From positions 33,740-97,739 of the forward strand of contig JAFZSF010000024.1 in NCBI GenBank assembly GCA_017619495.1: a stretch of 64,000 bases of DNA, given 5' to 3'. Origin of the DNA: Clostridia bacterium (GTDB lineage Bacteria > Bacillota > Clostridia > Christensenellales > UBA1242). A program made the translations under genes and the position numbers. The first letter of the stretch is position 1, and each line of letters opens with the position of its first letter. Under the pieces are notes generated by a model. The model did no database searches. It was not told the origin of the DNA and saw nothing but the letters and a program-made list of their open reading frames with translations. This document shows, one piece after another, positions 18,744 to 27,974 of this stretch.

Positions 18744-19274
18744 ATGGGGGATTATGTTTTCATGAGCGATATCAATGGAATTTCACAAGTCGAATCCGCG
18801 ATTGCCACACTTTCGCGCGAAGATTTACAAAAGGTACTGTTAACCATGGTGCAATCACACGAACTACAATCAATGGCGGTATTGAACGAATTCTTTAAGA
18901 CCACCAAAGCGGAAGAAATCCCGTCAATGGATAAACAAATTTCCAAGATTTTTGTTTCGATTGGGATACCGCCACACATCAAAGGTTATCAATATTTGCG
19001 CAGTGCCATCAAAATGTGTGTCAAAGATACCAGTATTATTTCATCGATTACCAAGCGGCTCTACCCTGATGTAGCCAAGGAATACAACACAACGCCTAGT
19101 AAAGTCGAACGCGCCATTCGCCACGCCATCGAAGTCTGTTGGAACCGTGGCAAAATTGATACAATTAACAACATTTTCGGCAGTCAAGTTTTCACGCGCA
19201 ATGACCGTCCAACGAACGGCGAATTTATTGCTTTGTTAGCAGACAAACTATTATTAGATGACTGCCACGAATAG
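18744..19274 (+). CDS. Spo0A C-terminal (DNA-binding) domain protein without a receiver domain
   Basis: Residues ~64-176 read IGIPPHIKGYQYLRSAI..ITKRLYPDVAKEYNTTPSKVERAIRHAIEVCWNRG..PTNGEFIALLADKL, the Spo0A_C signature. The preceding ~60 aa are not a REC domain. The start could alternatively be the ATG at 18762. Confidence 0.8.
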   Translation: MGDYVFMSDINGISQVESAIATLSREDLQKVLLTMVQSHELQSMAVLNEFFKTTKAEEIPSMDKQISKIFVSIGIPPHIKGYQYLRSAIKMCVKDTSIISSITKRLYPDVAKEYNTTPSKVERAIRHAIEVCWNRGKIDTINNIFGSQVFTRNDRPTNGEFIALLADKLLLDDCHE

Positions 19275-20906
19275 TTAAAGATTTTCAAATTCACTTTGGC
19301 GTGGCAATCTTTTTGCTACGGCTGCAACTAAACCTTGGAATAACGGGTGTGGGTGTTGTGGGCGCGATAATAGTTCGGGGTGAAATTGGCAAGCAATAAA
19401 GAATGGGTGGTTAGGTAATTCCACAATTTCTACTAAGTTAGCTTGCGGATTAACACCACTGACCACCAAACCTGCCTTTTCAAATTGGGCACGATAATCA
19501 TTATTAAATTCATAACGATGACGGTGGCGTTCTTTAATGGCGGTTTTACCATATAAGTGATGTGCCAAAGTTCCGGACTGTATGCTGCAATCATATAAAC
19601 CTAAGCGCATGGTACCACCCTTGGTATAAATCGATTTTTGTTCATCAATCAAATGAATAACCGGATTTTTGGTGTTTTCCACAAATTCGGTACTATTCGC
19701 ATTTTTCAAACCACAAACATGGCGCGCAAATTCAATCACACAGGTTTGCATACCTAAACAAATACCTAAGAACGGGATATTGTTTTCGCGTACATACTGA
19801 ATGGTAGCAATTTTACCTTCTATGCCACGGTTACCAAAACCACCTGGAACAATGACACCTTGTACCCCCTTTAACCATTGCGCTGCCCCATCGCGTTCCA
19901 CATTTTCTGCATCAACCAATTTCACATTCACGCGCACATTGTTAGTAATGCCTGCATGTTTTAATGCTTCGGTCACGCTAATGTACGCATCAGCCACCGC
20001 AACATATTTACCCACGATTGCGACAGTTACAGCGGGTAAGTTATCGTCGCAAAGTTTTTCTACCATTTGGCTCCAAGCGGTCAAATCGCACTTGTTTGCT
20101 TTCAAATTCAATTTTTTCAACACAATGGTATCAAAATTTTGTTTAGCAAACATTAAAGGCACTTCGTAAATAGTACGACAATCATGGTTATGAATAACAT
20201 CGGCGGGATTGTCTAAGCTGCAAAACATTGCAATTTTGTCACGATGTTCTTGGTCAAGTTCAACATCGGCGGTCGTACGACAAACCAATACATCGGCAAA
20301 AACACCTTGCTGTTGTAAATCTTTAACACTATTTTGGGTTGGTTTAGTTTTAATTTCGCCACTGGACGCAATGTACGGAATTAAAGTAACATGCACCGAA
20401 ACACTATTGCCCGCGCCTAATTCATGACGGAATTGGCGGATTGCTTCAATGTAAACCGCTTGTTCTAAATCGCCAACCGTACCACCAATTTCAATAATGA
20501 CGATGTCTTGACCTTCGCCAATGGAACGCATGTAAGCTTTAATCTCGTTAGTAACATGTGGCACAATTTGAACGGTATGACCCAAGTAATCGCCGCGGCG
20601 TTCTTTGGTTAAAATACTGGCATAAATTTGTCCCGAAGTAATCCCCGACTTGCGAGAACAGTTAATATCTAAGAAGCGTTCATAGTGTCCAATATCTAAG
20701 TCGGTTTCCGCACCATCGTCGGTAACAAATACTTCCCCGTGTTCATATGGGCTCATTGTACCGGGGTCGACATTTAAGTACGGGTCAATTTTTTGAACTG
20801 AAACTTTATAACCTCTTAATCTTAATAATTTACCTAAACTTGCAGCTGTGATGCCTTTTCCTAAACCGGAAACTACACCACCCGTGACAAAGATATATTT
20901 CGCCAT
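19275..20906 (-). CDS. pyrG: CTP synthase
   Basis: 543 aa; MAKYIFVTGGVVSGLGKG N-terminus and a glutaminase domain with GICLGMQ. Confidence 0.95.
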   Translation of the reverse strand: MAKYIFVTGGVVSGLGKGITAASLGKLLRLRGYKVSVQKIDPYLNVDPGTMSPYEHGEVFVTDDGAETDLDIGHYERFLDINCSRKSGITSGQIYASILTKERRGDYLGHTVQIVPHVTNEIKAYMRSIGEGQDIVIIEIGGTVGDLEQAVYIEAIRQFRHELGAGNSVSVHVTLIPYIASSGEIKTKPTQNSVKDLQQQGVFADVLVCRTTADVELDQEHRDKIAMFCSLDNPADVIHNHDCRTIYEVPLMFAKQNFDTIVLKKLNLKANKCDLTAWSQMVEKLCDDNLPAVTVAIVGKYVAVADAYISVTEALKHAGITNNVRVNVKLVDAENVERDGAAQWLKGVQGVIVPGGFGNRGIEGKIATIQYVRENNIPFLGICLGMQTCVIEFARHVCGLKNANSTEFVENTKNPVIHLIDEQKSIYTKGGTMRLGLYDCSIQSGTLAHHLYGKTAIKERHRHRYEFNNDYRAQFEKAGLVVSGVNPQANLVEIVELPNHPFFIACQFHPELLSRPQHPHPLFQGLVAAVAKRLPRQSEFENL

Positions 20907-20916
20907 AACGGGATAA

Positions 20917-20946
20917 AGTGTAACTCAAAATTTGTCGAAATGTCAA
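20917..20946 (-). promoter_or_regulatory. sigA-type promoter of pyrG
   Basis: Minus strand TTGACA-18-TACACT-10 nt-ATG(20906); no SD. Confidence 0.45.
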
Positions 20947-20983
20947 AGTTTTTTTAAAATCGCCGCTTTAATATTTATAAAAT

Positions 20984-22465
20984 ATGGATAGTAAAATTAA
21001 GCGACGCCTCTTGGCAATTATGTTAGCGGGGATTTTAACCGTAGTTATTGCGCTGAGTGCGGTGAGTATTGGTCGTGTCTTAAACCAGAAAAAACCGCTT
21101 TCAGCTCTGCAAGCCGCCGCCCAAGATTATGGCACCATCAAACTTGACTGCAATTACAGCGAAGAAAATCACACGCTGGCAGTTAATCAAACCACTACTT
21201 ACATTAATCACAGCACCCAAAACTTGTACGACATAAAATTTCATTTATTTGGTAATGCTTATCGTGAAAATGCCGTTTTTCCGGCTGTTGCCACTTCTGA
21301 AATGGAACGCGCCTACCCTGATGGTTTTGACGCTGGTTATACCAAAGTTACTACGCCCCATGTTATTATTAATGGTGCCGATGAAACCACATTAACCGTA
21401 CCATTAAAAGAAGCACTGGCACCCGCGGCAAGTATTGAGATTAATTTGCAATATACGATTAAGTTAGCGCGCATTAAACACCGCCTTGGTTACACAAAAA
21501 ACGCGGTTAATTTAGGTAATTTTTACGCCATTCCCGCGGTATATGATAATGGCTGGCAAATTTACAATTACAGTTATAACGGTGACCCATTTTATAACGA
21601 ACCCTATAATTTTGATGTGACCATGACTGCACCTGCCGGTTACCAAATCGCCAGCAGTGGCACCGAAGTCGCCCCGCACCATTTCCGTGGTTACTTACTC
21701 CGTGATTTTGCTATGGTCATGTCCCGTGACTTCAAGACTTTAACCCGCGAAGTTGGCAATACCACCGTAACCTACTATTACCTCAACGACGAAATCCCCG
21801 ACATCAGCCTTTATACCGCCAGCAATGCTTTGGCGTATTTTTCCAATACTTTTATCGATTACCCTTATGATACTTTATCCGTGGTGCAAACTGACTTTTC
21901 CGAAGGTGGTATGGAATACGGGGCTTTGGTTTATATTTCCCTTGATGTGACCGACCAATTACAATACCAAGGGGTCATTGTTCACGAAATTGCGCATCAA
22001 TGGTGGTATGGCTTGGTTGGTAACAATCAGATTCGCACCCCGTGGATTGATGAAGGCTTAGCAGAATATTGCACCGCAGTATTTTTTGAAACCCACCCGC
22101 AATATGGTAAAACCTTATCCAATACTGCCGCGCAAAACAAAAGTAGCATTGCGATGTTTGAAAGCATTATGGACGAATACGGCGTCCGTTACACACGACA
22201 AATGTTAAAAGAGTCCAACGCATACAAAATGCCTACCGAATACACAATTAACACTTATGCACGCGCGATGTTACTGTTTTATGCCATCAGCGAAAAGGTT
22301 GGCTACGAAAACTTAAACGCCGCCTTAGCCAAGTACGCAGCCCACCACTGTTACCAATTTGCCACTGTACAGTCCCTAACCCAAGCCTTAGAAGACGAAT
22401 TAGGCTATGATTTGGTCAATTTTATGAACAATTATCTTGCGGGAAGACAAGATACAGTGTTATAA
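20984..22465 (+). CDS. membrane-anchored M1-family metallopeptidase
   Basis: N-terminal TM; GGMEY (GAMEN-like); HEIAHQWWYG..18 aa..E zinc motif. Confidence 0.8.
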   Translation: MDSKIKRRLLAIMLAGILTVVIALSAVSIGRVLNQKKPLSALQAAAQDYGTIKLDCNYSEENHTLAVNQTTTYINHSTQNLYDIKFHLFGNAYRENAVFPAVATSEMERAYPDGFDAGYTKVTTPHVIINGADETTLTVPLKEALAPAASIEINLQYTIKLARIKHRLGYTKNAVNLGNFYAIPAVYDNGWQIYNYSYNGDPFYNEPYNFDVTMTAPAGYQIASSGTEVAPHHFRGYLLRDFAMVMSRDFKTLTREVGNTTVTYYYLNDEIPDISLYTASNALAYFSNTFIDYPYDTLSVVQTDFSEGGMEYGALVYISLDVTDQLQYQGVIVHEIAHQWWYGLVGNNQIRTPWIDEGLAEYCTAVFFETHPQYGKTLSNTAAQNKSSIAMFESIMDEYGVRYTRQMLKESNAYKMPTEYTINTYARAMLLFYAISEKVGYENLNAALAKYAAHHCYQFATVQSLTQALEDELGYDLVNFMNNYLAGRQDTVL

Positions 22466-22472
22466 TAAAGGA

Positions 22473-23744
22473 ATGAATTTGAAAACTTTTGATAAAAGCA
22501 CCCGCATCATGAAACAAGCCGATTTGGCAATTCATGGACAACCTTTGCAAGGTAATACTAACGCAACGGTCATTGGCATTATTAATTGCACTGATGGTAA
22601 TGCTAACTTGGTGCAAAATTTAACCTATGGGATTCGTCAAGCCGGTGGTATGGCTGTATCCTTCAAGATAACTAACTTTAACGACTTGCAGCGCTTGGCT
22701 CCGGCAACCGCTAAATACGCGGATAACTACCATAATGCGGTGGCAACCCAAGTTGCAGGACTAATTCGCACCCAAATGTTGGACGGTGTGGTCGCCATTG
22801 TCGATAATTATGTCGTCGGTTTAGGGGTTTTGTTTGGTTGCACCAAAACAAATTGCCCAGTCTTGTTAATGCCAAGCGGTATTAACCACCATTATGACGC
22901 TTGCTTACTGAACGCGGCGGGGAAAATTGCGACGCGTGAAATTAAGGCCGGCGAAGTGGAAAAAGTTGCGGAAAACTATACGCACCAGAACGGTACACCG
23001 GCAATCGACACTTTGACACTGGATTTTTACCGTATGTTAGAAGCCTTTGAATTGACGGTCACCGGTGCCACAAGTGCTGTCGTTAATACGGGCGAAACCC
23101 TAAATTTGGCTTTAACCGCCGGCAATACTATCATGCAAATGGCTAATGACATTATCACGACCAAACGCCTAATTAGCAAACGCACCTTAAACGAAAAATT
23201 GGTACAATACCAAACCAATGGCGGCAGCGTGGCGGGCTTGTTAATGTTCCAAAAAATCTTTGAAGCGGTTGATTTGAAAGTTAATTTGAACCAATATCAA
23301 TCCTTAAAAACCACTTTTGCAGACCAAGCCTTCGTGGTTTCGGATAGTACTGCTCCACTAACCATGAACGGTCAAGCGTGGGTCTACTCCACCATCGCGG
23401 ACGCGGTCACAGCTTTGGCTTCCAATGCAATTGATAGTGGTATTGTTGTGTTACAATGCTGTACGGCTTGTGATGTTTCGATTGTAGCCTATACAATTAA
23501 TGCGATGCATAAAGCTGACAGTATTGCTTTAATAACTGACGGTTTCTGTGTAGCAACACCGGTTTTAACTATCGCCCATATCACACCGGACGGTTATGCT
23601 AATCAAGATTTCGCCAATATTCAAGACGGCGACAATTTGGAAATTGATGTGACCAAGGGTCGTATCAACATCAATGTTAACAGTAAAGATATGAAAACAC
23701 GCGCCAAACGCAACATTTTAAAGAAACGCGAAACCTTCTTTTAA
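22473..23744 (+). CDS. IlvD/Edd (dihydroxy-acid dehydratase) family homolog lacking the Fe-S and active-site residues
   Basis: Collinear with IlvD (AGGMAVSF, DGVVAIVDNYV, GGSVAGLL, ALITDGF..., GDNLEIDVTKGRININV). The Cys of CDK, the CGSC cluster Cys, the DDG Asp and the GRFSGG Ser are all substituted. Start at the ATG at 22473 after AAAGGA. Confidence 0.65.
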   Translation: MNLKTFDKSTRIMKQADLAIHGQPLQGNTNATVIGIINCTDGNANLVQNLTYGIRQAGGMAVSFKITNFNDLQRLAPATAKYADNYHNAVATQVAGLIRTQMLDGVVAIVDNYVVGLGVLFGCTKTNCPVLLMPSGINHHYDACLLNAAGKIATREIKAGEVEKVAENYTHQNGTPAIDTLTLDFYRMLEAFELTVTGATSAVVNTGETLNLALTAGNTIMQMANDIITTKRLISKRTLNEKLVQYQTNGGSVAGLLMFQKIFEAVDLKVNLNQYQSLKTTFADQAFVVSDSTAPLTMNGQAWVYSTIADAVTALASNAIDSGIVVLQCCTACDVSIVAYTINAMHKADSIALITDGFCVATPVLTIAHITPDGYANQDFANIQDGDNLEIDVTKGRININVNSKDMKTRAKRNILKKRETFF

Positions 23745-23823
23745 GTCAATTAAACCACAGATTGTTATCTTTTGATTTACAAAAATATTTTTTTATGTTA
23801 GACTAAATCTTAGTAACAATCCT

Positions 23824-23899
23824 GCTGTTGTAGCACAGTCGGTAGTGCACCGCCTTGGTAAGGCGGAGGTCGACGGTTCAAGTCCGTTCAACAGCTCCA
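23824..23899 (+). tRNA. tRNA-Thr (anticodon GGU), encoded CCA
   Basis: GCTGTTG-TA-GCAC..CCGCC-TTGGTAA-GGCGG-AGGTC-GACGG-TTCAAGT-CCGTT-CAACAGC-T-CCA. Confidence 0.9.
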
Positions 23900-23908
23900 T
23901 AAAACATT

Positions 23909-23934
23909 AAAAGCCTTCTGTTTGAAGGCTTTTT
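23909..23934 (+). terminator. rho-independent terminator after tRNA-Thr
   Basis: AGCCTTC-tgttt-GAAGGCT followed by TTTTGTTTG. Confidence 0.7.
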
Positions 23935-23987
23935 GTTTGTTAAATGCATGATTTTAGCCCGAAAATTAATTTTTTTCCGAAAAACGC

Positions 23988-24016
23988 TTGCATGATAGGT
24001 AACCATACTTTATACT
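23988..24016 (+). promoter_or_regulatory. sigA-type promoter of the 71-aa membrane ORF
   Basis: TTGCAT-17-TATACT-6 nt-ATG(24023). Confidence 0.5.
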
Positions 24017-24022
24017 ACCCAC

Positions 24023-24238
24023 ATGGCACAACGCGCTTATTTCGGACTGGGTTTTGTACCGTCCTTGATTATTGCAATCTTACCAATCATAAGTTGGATT
24101 TTCGGTATCATCATTTGTTTTCAACGCGAACAATACGGTTTCGCCGTTTTACGCATTTTCTTAGGTTGGATTCCCGTTTTCTGGATTTTGGATATAATCA
24201 GCATTTGTGTCAATAAAGATTTAGTTTGGTTAGCGTAA
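24023..24238 (+). CDS. small membrane protein (71 aa, 2 TM)
   Basis: Hydrophobic ORF placed exactly behind a good promoter; no family assigned. Confidence 0.55.
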   Translation: MAQRAYFGLGFVPSLIIAILPIISWIFGIIICFQREQYGFAVLRIFLGWIPVFWILDIISICVNKDLVWLA

Positions 24239-24239
24239 A

Positions 24240-25421
24240 TTAAATTTTGCGCTTTTCGTTAACCCCTAGTGCAAAACCACAGGGATTCGGACATTTAAAA
24301 TTTGGGAAGGTGCATTTAGCACCTTTTTGCATTTGTGCCAAAGTTGCTGCACCATCATGCCTCATCGCAGCCAAGGCCGCTTGGTATTGATTCAAAACTT
24401 GATTAACTACACGCGTGGTTTCCAATAGCACCGAAGAACATTTGCGTTCAATCGCTTTCAAAATAAAGTCTTCCAAGTTACCCATTTCACTAACATCGAC
24501 CAACATGGCTTGCGGATAATGGTCGCGTAAATGATCCAAATCAGCCAACCATTCCGCCCGCAGGTTCGGCTTGTCCGCAATTAATTCTGGTACATAAAAT
24601 TCCAACTTTTGTGGTTCACGCGGAGTTTGCATGTAATACTTTAATGTACGATGGCGGTTTAAGTGCATGTAAACCGCAAAGGAACAACGGAAGTTAGTGG
24701 CATAAACATCGCCAAAGTATTCGGTGACTGGACGGTCGCGGAACATAGAAACTTGGCGGTGCTTGCCATTTTTAGTCAACATTTCGTCGATATAGCCCGT
24801 GTTTTTTAATTGTTCTACAAATTCAACAATATATGGGTGCAACTTTTGTTCAAATGGGTTGTTACTCTGAGCAATTTTTTCCGCATAATCGCTGAAAAAG
24901 CCATACAGGTAATTTAATTGACGGTATGAAACCGTATGTAACATTGAAACCATAGTAAAGCAACTGGTCAAATAACGCGCATTCTCCATGGCTAATTTTT
25001 TAATTTTGTTGTCGGTAAAATACTGTGGATATTTAACTTGGTATTCATCACGAATTAACTTTTCAAAAGTCGCTTGCCATTTATCGTAAACCGCTTGTTC
25101 ATCTTCCGGTAATGGGTGCAAGGTATAGCGACCACTCTTAACCGAAGAAACCATATAACGTTCGTTATCTAACATGCCCTCTAAAACGCGCGGGATACAA
25201 TGTAAATACAAAGTAATGCTCGCATGGTCGTAAACGCTGTGGTGACCACTAGCCTTGGTCATTTCCACCCGACGGAAAGTTTTAGCTTCGTCTTCGGCAC
25301 GCAAAGTTGCAAAATCGTGTGCCATATAACAAACGCCTGCCGCCATACCGCCGAAACGGTCTAATTCCTTTTTAGGTGTTTGATGATTAGGGTGCGTCGT
25401 CGCAATTACCGAAATTTCCAT
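24240..25421 (-). CDS. ThyX-like (flavin-dependent thymidylate synthase family) protein, unusually long and divergent
   Basis: 393 aa; GHHSVYDHASIT (like GH.S.lEH) and SSVKSGRY (like S.SQRY). The canonical RHR reads NER, and an NRHR occurs ~170 aa later. Start set at MEISVIATT. Confidence 0.55.
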   Translation of the reverse strand: MEISVIATTHPNHQTPKKELDRFGGMAAGVCYMAHDFATLRAEDEAKTFRRVEMTKASGHHSVYDHASITLYLHCIPRVLEGMLDNERYMVSSVKSGRYTLHPLPEDEQAVYDKWQATFEKLIRDEYQVKYPQYFTDNKIKKLAMENARYLTSCFTMVSMLHTVSYRQLNYLYGFFSDYAEKIAQSNNPFEQKLHPYIVEFVEQLKNTGYIDEMLTKNGKHRQVSMFRDRPVTEYFGDVYATNFRCSFAVYMHLNRHRTLKYYMQTPREPQKLEFYVPELIADKPNLRAEWLADLDHLRDHYPQAMLVDVSEMGNLEDFILKAIERKCSSVLLETTRVVNQVLNQYQAALAAMRHDGAATLAQMQKGAKCTFPNFKCPNPCGFALGVNEKRKI

Positions 25422-25430
25422 ATTTAATAT

Positions 25431-25510
25431 GGTATACCGAACAAAAATCACTTGTCAAACTAACATTTTTTCAAAAACATGTTGAGAAAAGCAACTAAGA
25501 GTAGTATACT
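25431..25510. promoter_or_regulatory. divergent promoters for the thyX-like gene (minus) and the SDR gene (plus)
   Basis: Minus strand: TTGACA(25458-25453)-16-TATACC(25436-25431)-9 nt-ATG 25421. Plus strand: TTGAGA(25482-25487)-17-TATACT(25505-25510)-9 nt-ATG 25520. Confidence 0.5.
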
Positions 25511-25519
25511 AAGACTAAT

Positions 25520-26455
25520 ATGAAAAATAAAAAATTTAATTTAGGTCAAGATGATTATCATATTGCTCCCGACGAACCGTTGGACTTGGACGATGCGCTG
25601 AGTGTATTAGAAAAGCGTTTAGACTCCGAACAAACCGACACTAACAATAAACCACTAGGCGATGTAACGACAGCCTTGGCGGATCCGTCGACTTGGCACA
25701 AACGCGTGGTTGTTATCACGGGAGCTTCTTCAGGTATCGGTTTGGCAGCGGCCCACTGCTTCTCCTTATACGCCGACATTGTATATAACCTATCCCGTGA
25801 AAAAGGTAATGACGATAACATCAATTTTATTGAAACCGATGTGTCTAACCCGGATTCAGTCAAAGAATCAATCCGCAAGGTTTACAACAAAGAAGGTCAA
25901 ATCGATGTTTTAATTAACAACGCCGGTATTGGTTTATCTGGTGCCGTTGAAGAATTATTAACTACTGACATTGTTAAAGTTATGAATACCAACTTTTTGG
26001 GCGCAGTTAGTGCCTGCCAAGCAGTCATTCCGTTCATGCGTGAACACCGTAAAGGTAAAATCATCAACATTTCCTGCTTAATGGCTAACAGTGCCCCCGC
26101 CTTTAACAGTATTTACTGTGCCAGCAAAAAAGCCTTGGAAACTTTTACCACTGCCCTACGCAAAGAAATTGAACCATTGAAAATTGATGTGGTAACGGTA
26201 GCTTTGTCAACTTGCAAAACTAATTTTACCGAAAACCGCATTAAGCAAGATTCAACTAATAAAGCTTACCGTTATCGCATCAGTAACGATATTGGTCGTT
26301 TGGAATACCAAGAACAAACTGGTACAGCGCCCGAAACCATTGCGGAAGAATTGTACCGCATCAGTAATAAAAAATCTTTTGCATCACACACCATCACGAT
26401 TAAAGGTAAAAATAAAATGCGCGCTTTCTTCGGTAAATTTGTCGCTAAAAAATAA
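25520..26455 (+). CDS. short-chain dehydrogenase/reductase (SDR) with a ~60-aa N-terminal extension
   Basis: VVVITGASSGIGLAAA (TGxxxGxG), NNAG, YCASK. Confidence 0.85.
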   Translation: MKNKKFNLGQDDYHIAPDEPLDLDDALSVLEKRLDSEQTDTNNKPLGDVTTALADPSTWHKRVVVITGASSGIGLAAAHCFSLYADIVYNLSREKGNDDNINFIETDVSNPDSVKESIRKVYNKEGQIDVLINNAGIGLSGAVEELLTTDIVKVMNTNFLGAVSACQAVIPFMREHRKGKIINISCLMANSAPAFNSIYCASKKALETFTTALRKEIEPLKIDVVTVALSTCKTNFTENRIKQDSTNKAYRYRISNDIGRLEYQEQTGTAPETIAEELYRISNKKSFASHTITIKGKNKMRAFFGKFVAKK

Positions 26456-26481
26456 AATTATTTCAATAAAGGAAACACAAA

Positions 26482-26793
26482 ATGGTAAGTTTAGACGAAT
26501 TACAAAAGAAAATTTATCAAAATAAAGTCAATAAACATTTTAACTTAACCAATATTCACCAAGAATTTTGTTATATTTATGGCGAAGTCGCCGAAGCTTA
26601 TGATGCTTGGTACAAGAAAATGGGTAATGAGGCCATTAGTTTGGAATTAGCCGATATCGCAATTTATGTATTAGGACTGGCAGAAATGCTGGGCATTTCT
26701 TTGGAAGATTCAATTTTAAAAAAGATGGCAATTAACGAAAAACGCGTCTATATCGACGGCAAAAAAGTTGAAACCACCACCCCACAAGCGTAA
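26482..26793 (+). CDS. MazG-like nucleotide pyrophosphohydrolase domain protein
   Basis: 103 aa; EVAEAYDAW..ELADIAIYVLGLAEMLGI is the typical EExxE/D helix pair. Confidence 0.75.
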   Translation: MVSLDELQKKIYQNKVNKHFNLTNIHQEFCYIYGEVAEAYDAWYKKMGNEAISLELADIAIYVLGLAEMLGISLEDSILKKMAINEKRVYIDGKKVETTTPQA

Positions 26794-26807
26794 ATAAAAA
26801 AACAACA

Positions 26808-26836
26808 AAAAAATGCAAGGTTCCCTTGCATTTTTT
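26808..26836. terminator. bidirectional terminator
   Basis: AAAAAAATGCAAGG-ttc-CCTTGCATTTTTT. Confidence 0.75.
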
Positions 26837-26853
26837 GTTACAGGCTAATTAAA

Positions 26854-27141
26854 TTACGCACTCTTTTTAGTACGCTTACTTTGTGCTTTGGATAATTCAG
26901 CAGCCAATTTAGCTTTTTGACGGTTAGCTTTATTTTTATGAATAACATTATCCAACGCTGCAGCGTCCAAAACCGAGAAAACCACATTCAATTGTGATTC
27001 AGCGTGTTTTAACTCTTTGGCTGCCAAAGCAGTTTTGAATTTTTTAATTTCATTCGAAATTTGGGTTTTAACCGGACGATTTTGTGTGTTCTTAGTTTTT
27101 GTCACACTAATTCTTTTGATTGCACTTTTGATGTTTGCCAT
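26854..27141 (-). CDS. rpsT: 30S ribosomal protein S20
   Basis: MANIKSAIKRISVTKTKNTQNR.. The upstream GTG of the ORF track lies inside the -10 box. Confidence 0.9.
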   Translation of the reverse strand: MANIKSAIKRISVTKTKNTQNRPVKTQISNEIKKFKTALAAKELKHAESQLNVVFSVLDAAALDNVIHKNKANRQKAKLAAELSKAQSKRTKKSA

Positions 27142-27150
27142 ATAAGGGCT

Positions 27151-27179
27151 ATTATACACGGATAATCATTATTTTGCAA
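27151..27179 (-). promoter_or_regulatory. sigA-type promoter of rpsT
   Basis: Minus strand TTGCAA-17-(TGt)TATAAT-9 nt-ATG(27141); no SD. Confidence 0.6.
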
Positions 27180-27227
27180 GTCTTTTCTTAAAGAACTTTT
27201 TTTACATCTTTCGGACATAATAAAATC

Positions 27228-27974
27228 ATGCAACTGATCACTGATTTGGCCTGTGAACTATTACGGCGTACCCCACACCGTAGCGCTGGTATAAAAACCA
27301 CTACAATTGAACAAAGCGGTGTTTTAATCCAAACTACCAAGGTCACTTCTACCACTGCCGCACGGGACTTGGGAAAACCAGTTGGCGTTTATTTAAATCT
27401 TGACACAACACACGCGAAACCGCGCCACATCGTACATGCATTGCACCAAGCACTAGCCCCCTTATTAACGAAACGCGACAAGATTTTACTAATCGGTTTG
27501 GGTAACGACAAATTTGTGGCGGATAGTTTAGGTCCCCGTGTTTTAGAACAGGTCAAGATTGGTGAGCGTTTAGTCACTTTTGAACCCAGCGTTTTCGGGG
27601 TGACAGGCATTAACTCGGTACAAGCTATTCAAGCCATGACGCGACTGGTACAACCATCGGCAGTCATTGTCATCGACAGTTTAGTCAGTGCTACACCAAC
27701 CCGGATTGGTACTAATTACCAAATATGCACCAGCGGCATTACACCCGGCAGTGGAATTGGGCGCGATAATCAAACTATTAACCGCAAGTTACTGGGCGTA
27801 CCCGTGCTGGCCATTGGCGTACCTGTCTGTACATTAATGACACTCCCCCAAAACCAAATTTACCATGTCGTACCCAAAGATATCGACATGGTAATTCACG
27901 ATTGTGCCAACTTAATTGCGCGAAGTCTTAACACTCTGGTGTGGCAAAATTCGTACGATGTAACCAAGCCTTAA
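27228..27974 (+). CDS. gpr: GPR spore germination endopeptidase (short form, 248 aa)
   Basis: TDLACE N-terminus, [44 protein letters not shown]. rpsT-gpr adjacency as in Bacillus. CATAATA (forespore sigF/G-like -10) lies 5 nt before the ATG. Confidence 0.8.
   Translation: MQLITDLACELLRRTPHRSAGIKTTTIEQSGVLIQTTKVTSTTAARDLGKPVGVYLNLDTTHAKPRHIVHALHQALAPLLTKRDKILLIGLGNDKFVADSLGPRVLEQVKIGERLVTFEPSVFGVTGINSVQAIQAMTRLVQPSAVIVIDSLVSATPTRIGTNYQICTSGITPGSGIGRDNQTINRKLLGVPVLAIGVPVCTLMTLPQNQIYHVVPKDIDMVIHDCANLIARSLNTLVWQNSYDVTKP

Noticed and set aside
20933-20947. Tandem Spo0A boxes TGTCGAA-a-TGTCAAA in the pyrG/M1-peptidase intergenic region
   Set aside because: TGTCAA is simply the reverse complement of the TTGACA -35 of the pyrG promoter, and TGTCGAA lies in its spacer. 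A given 7-mer is expected several times by chance in 64 kb on two strands; another TTCGACA occurs inside parC near 30553.
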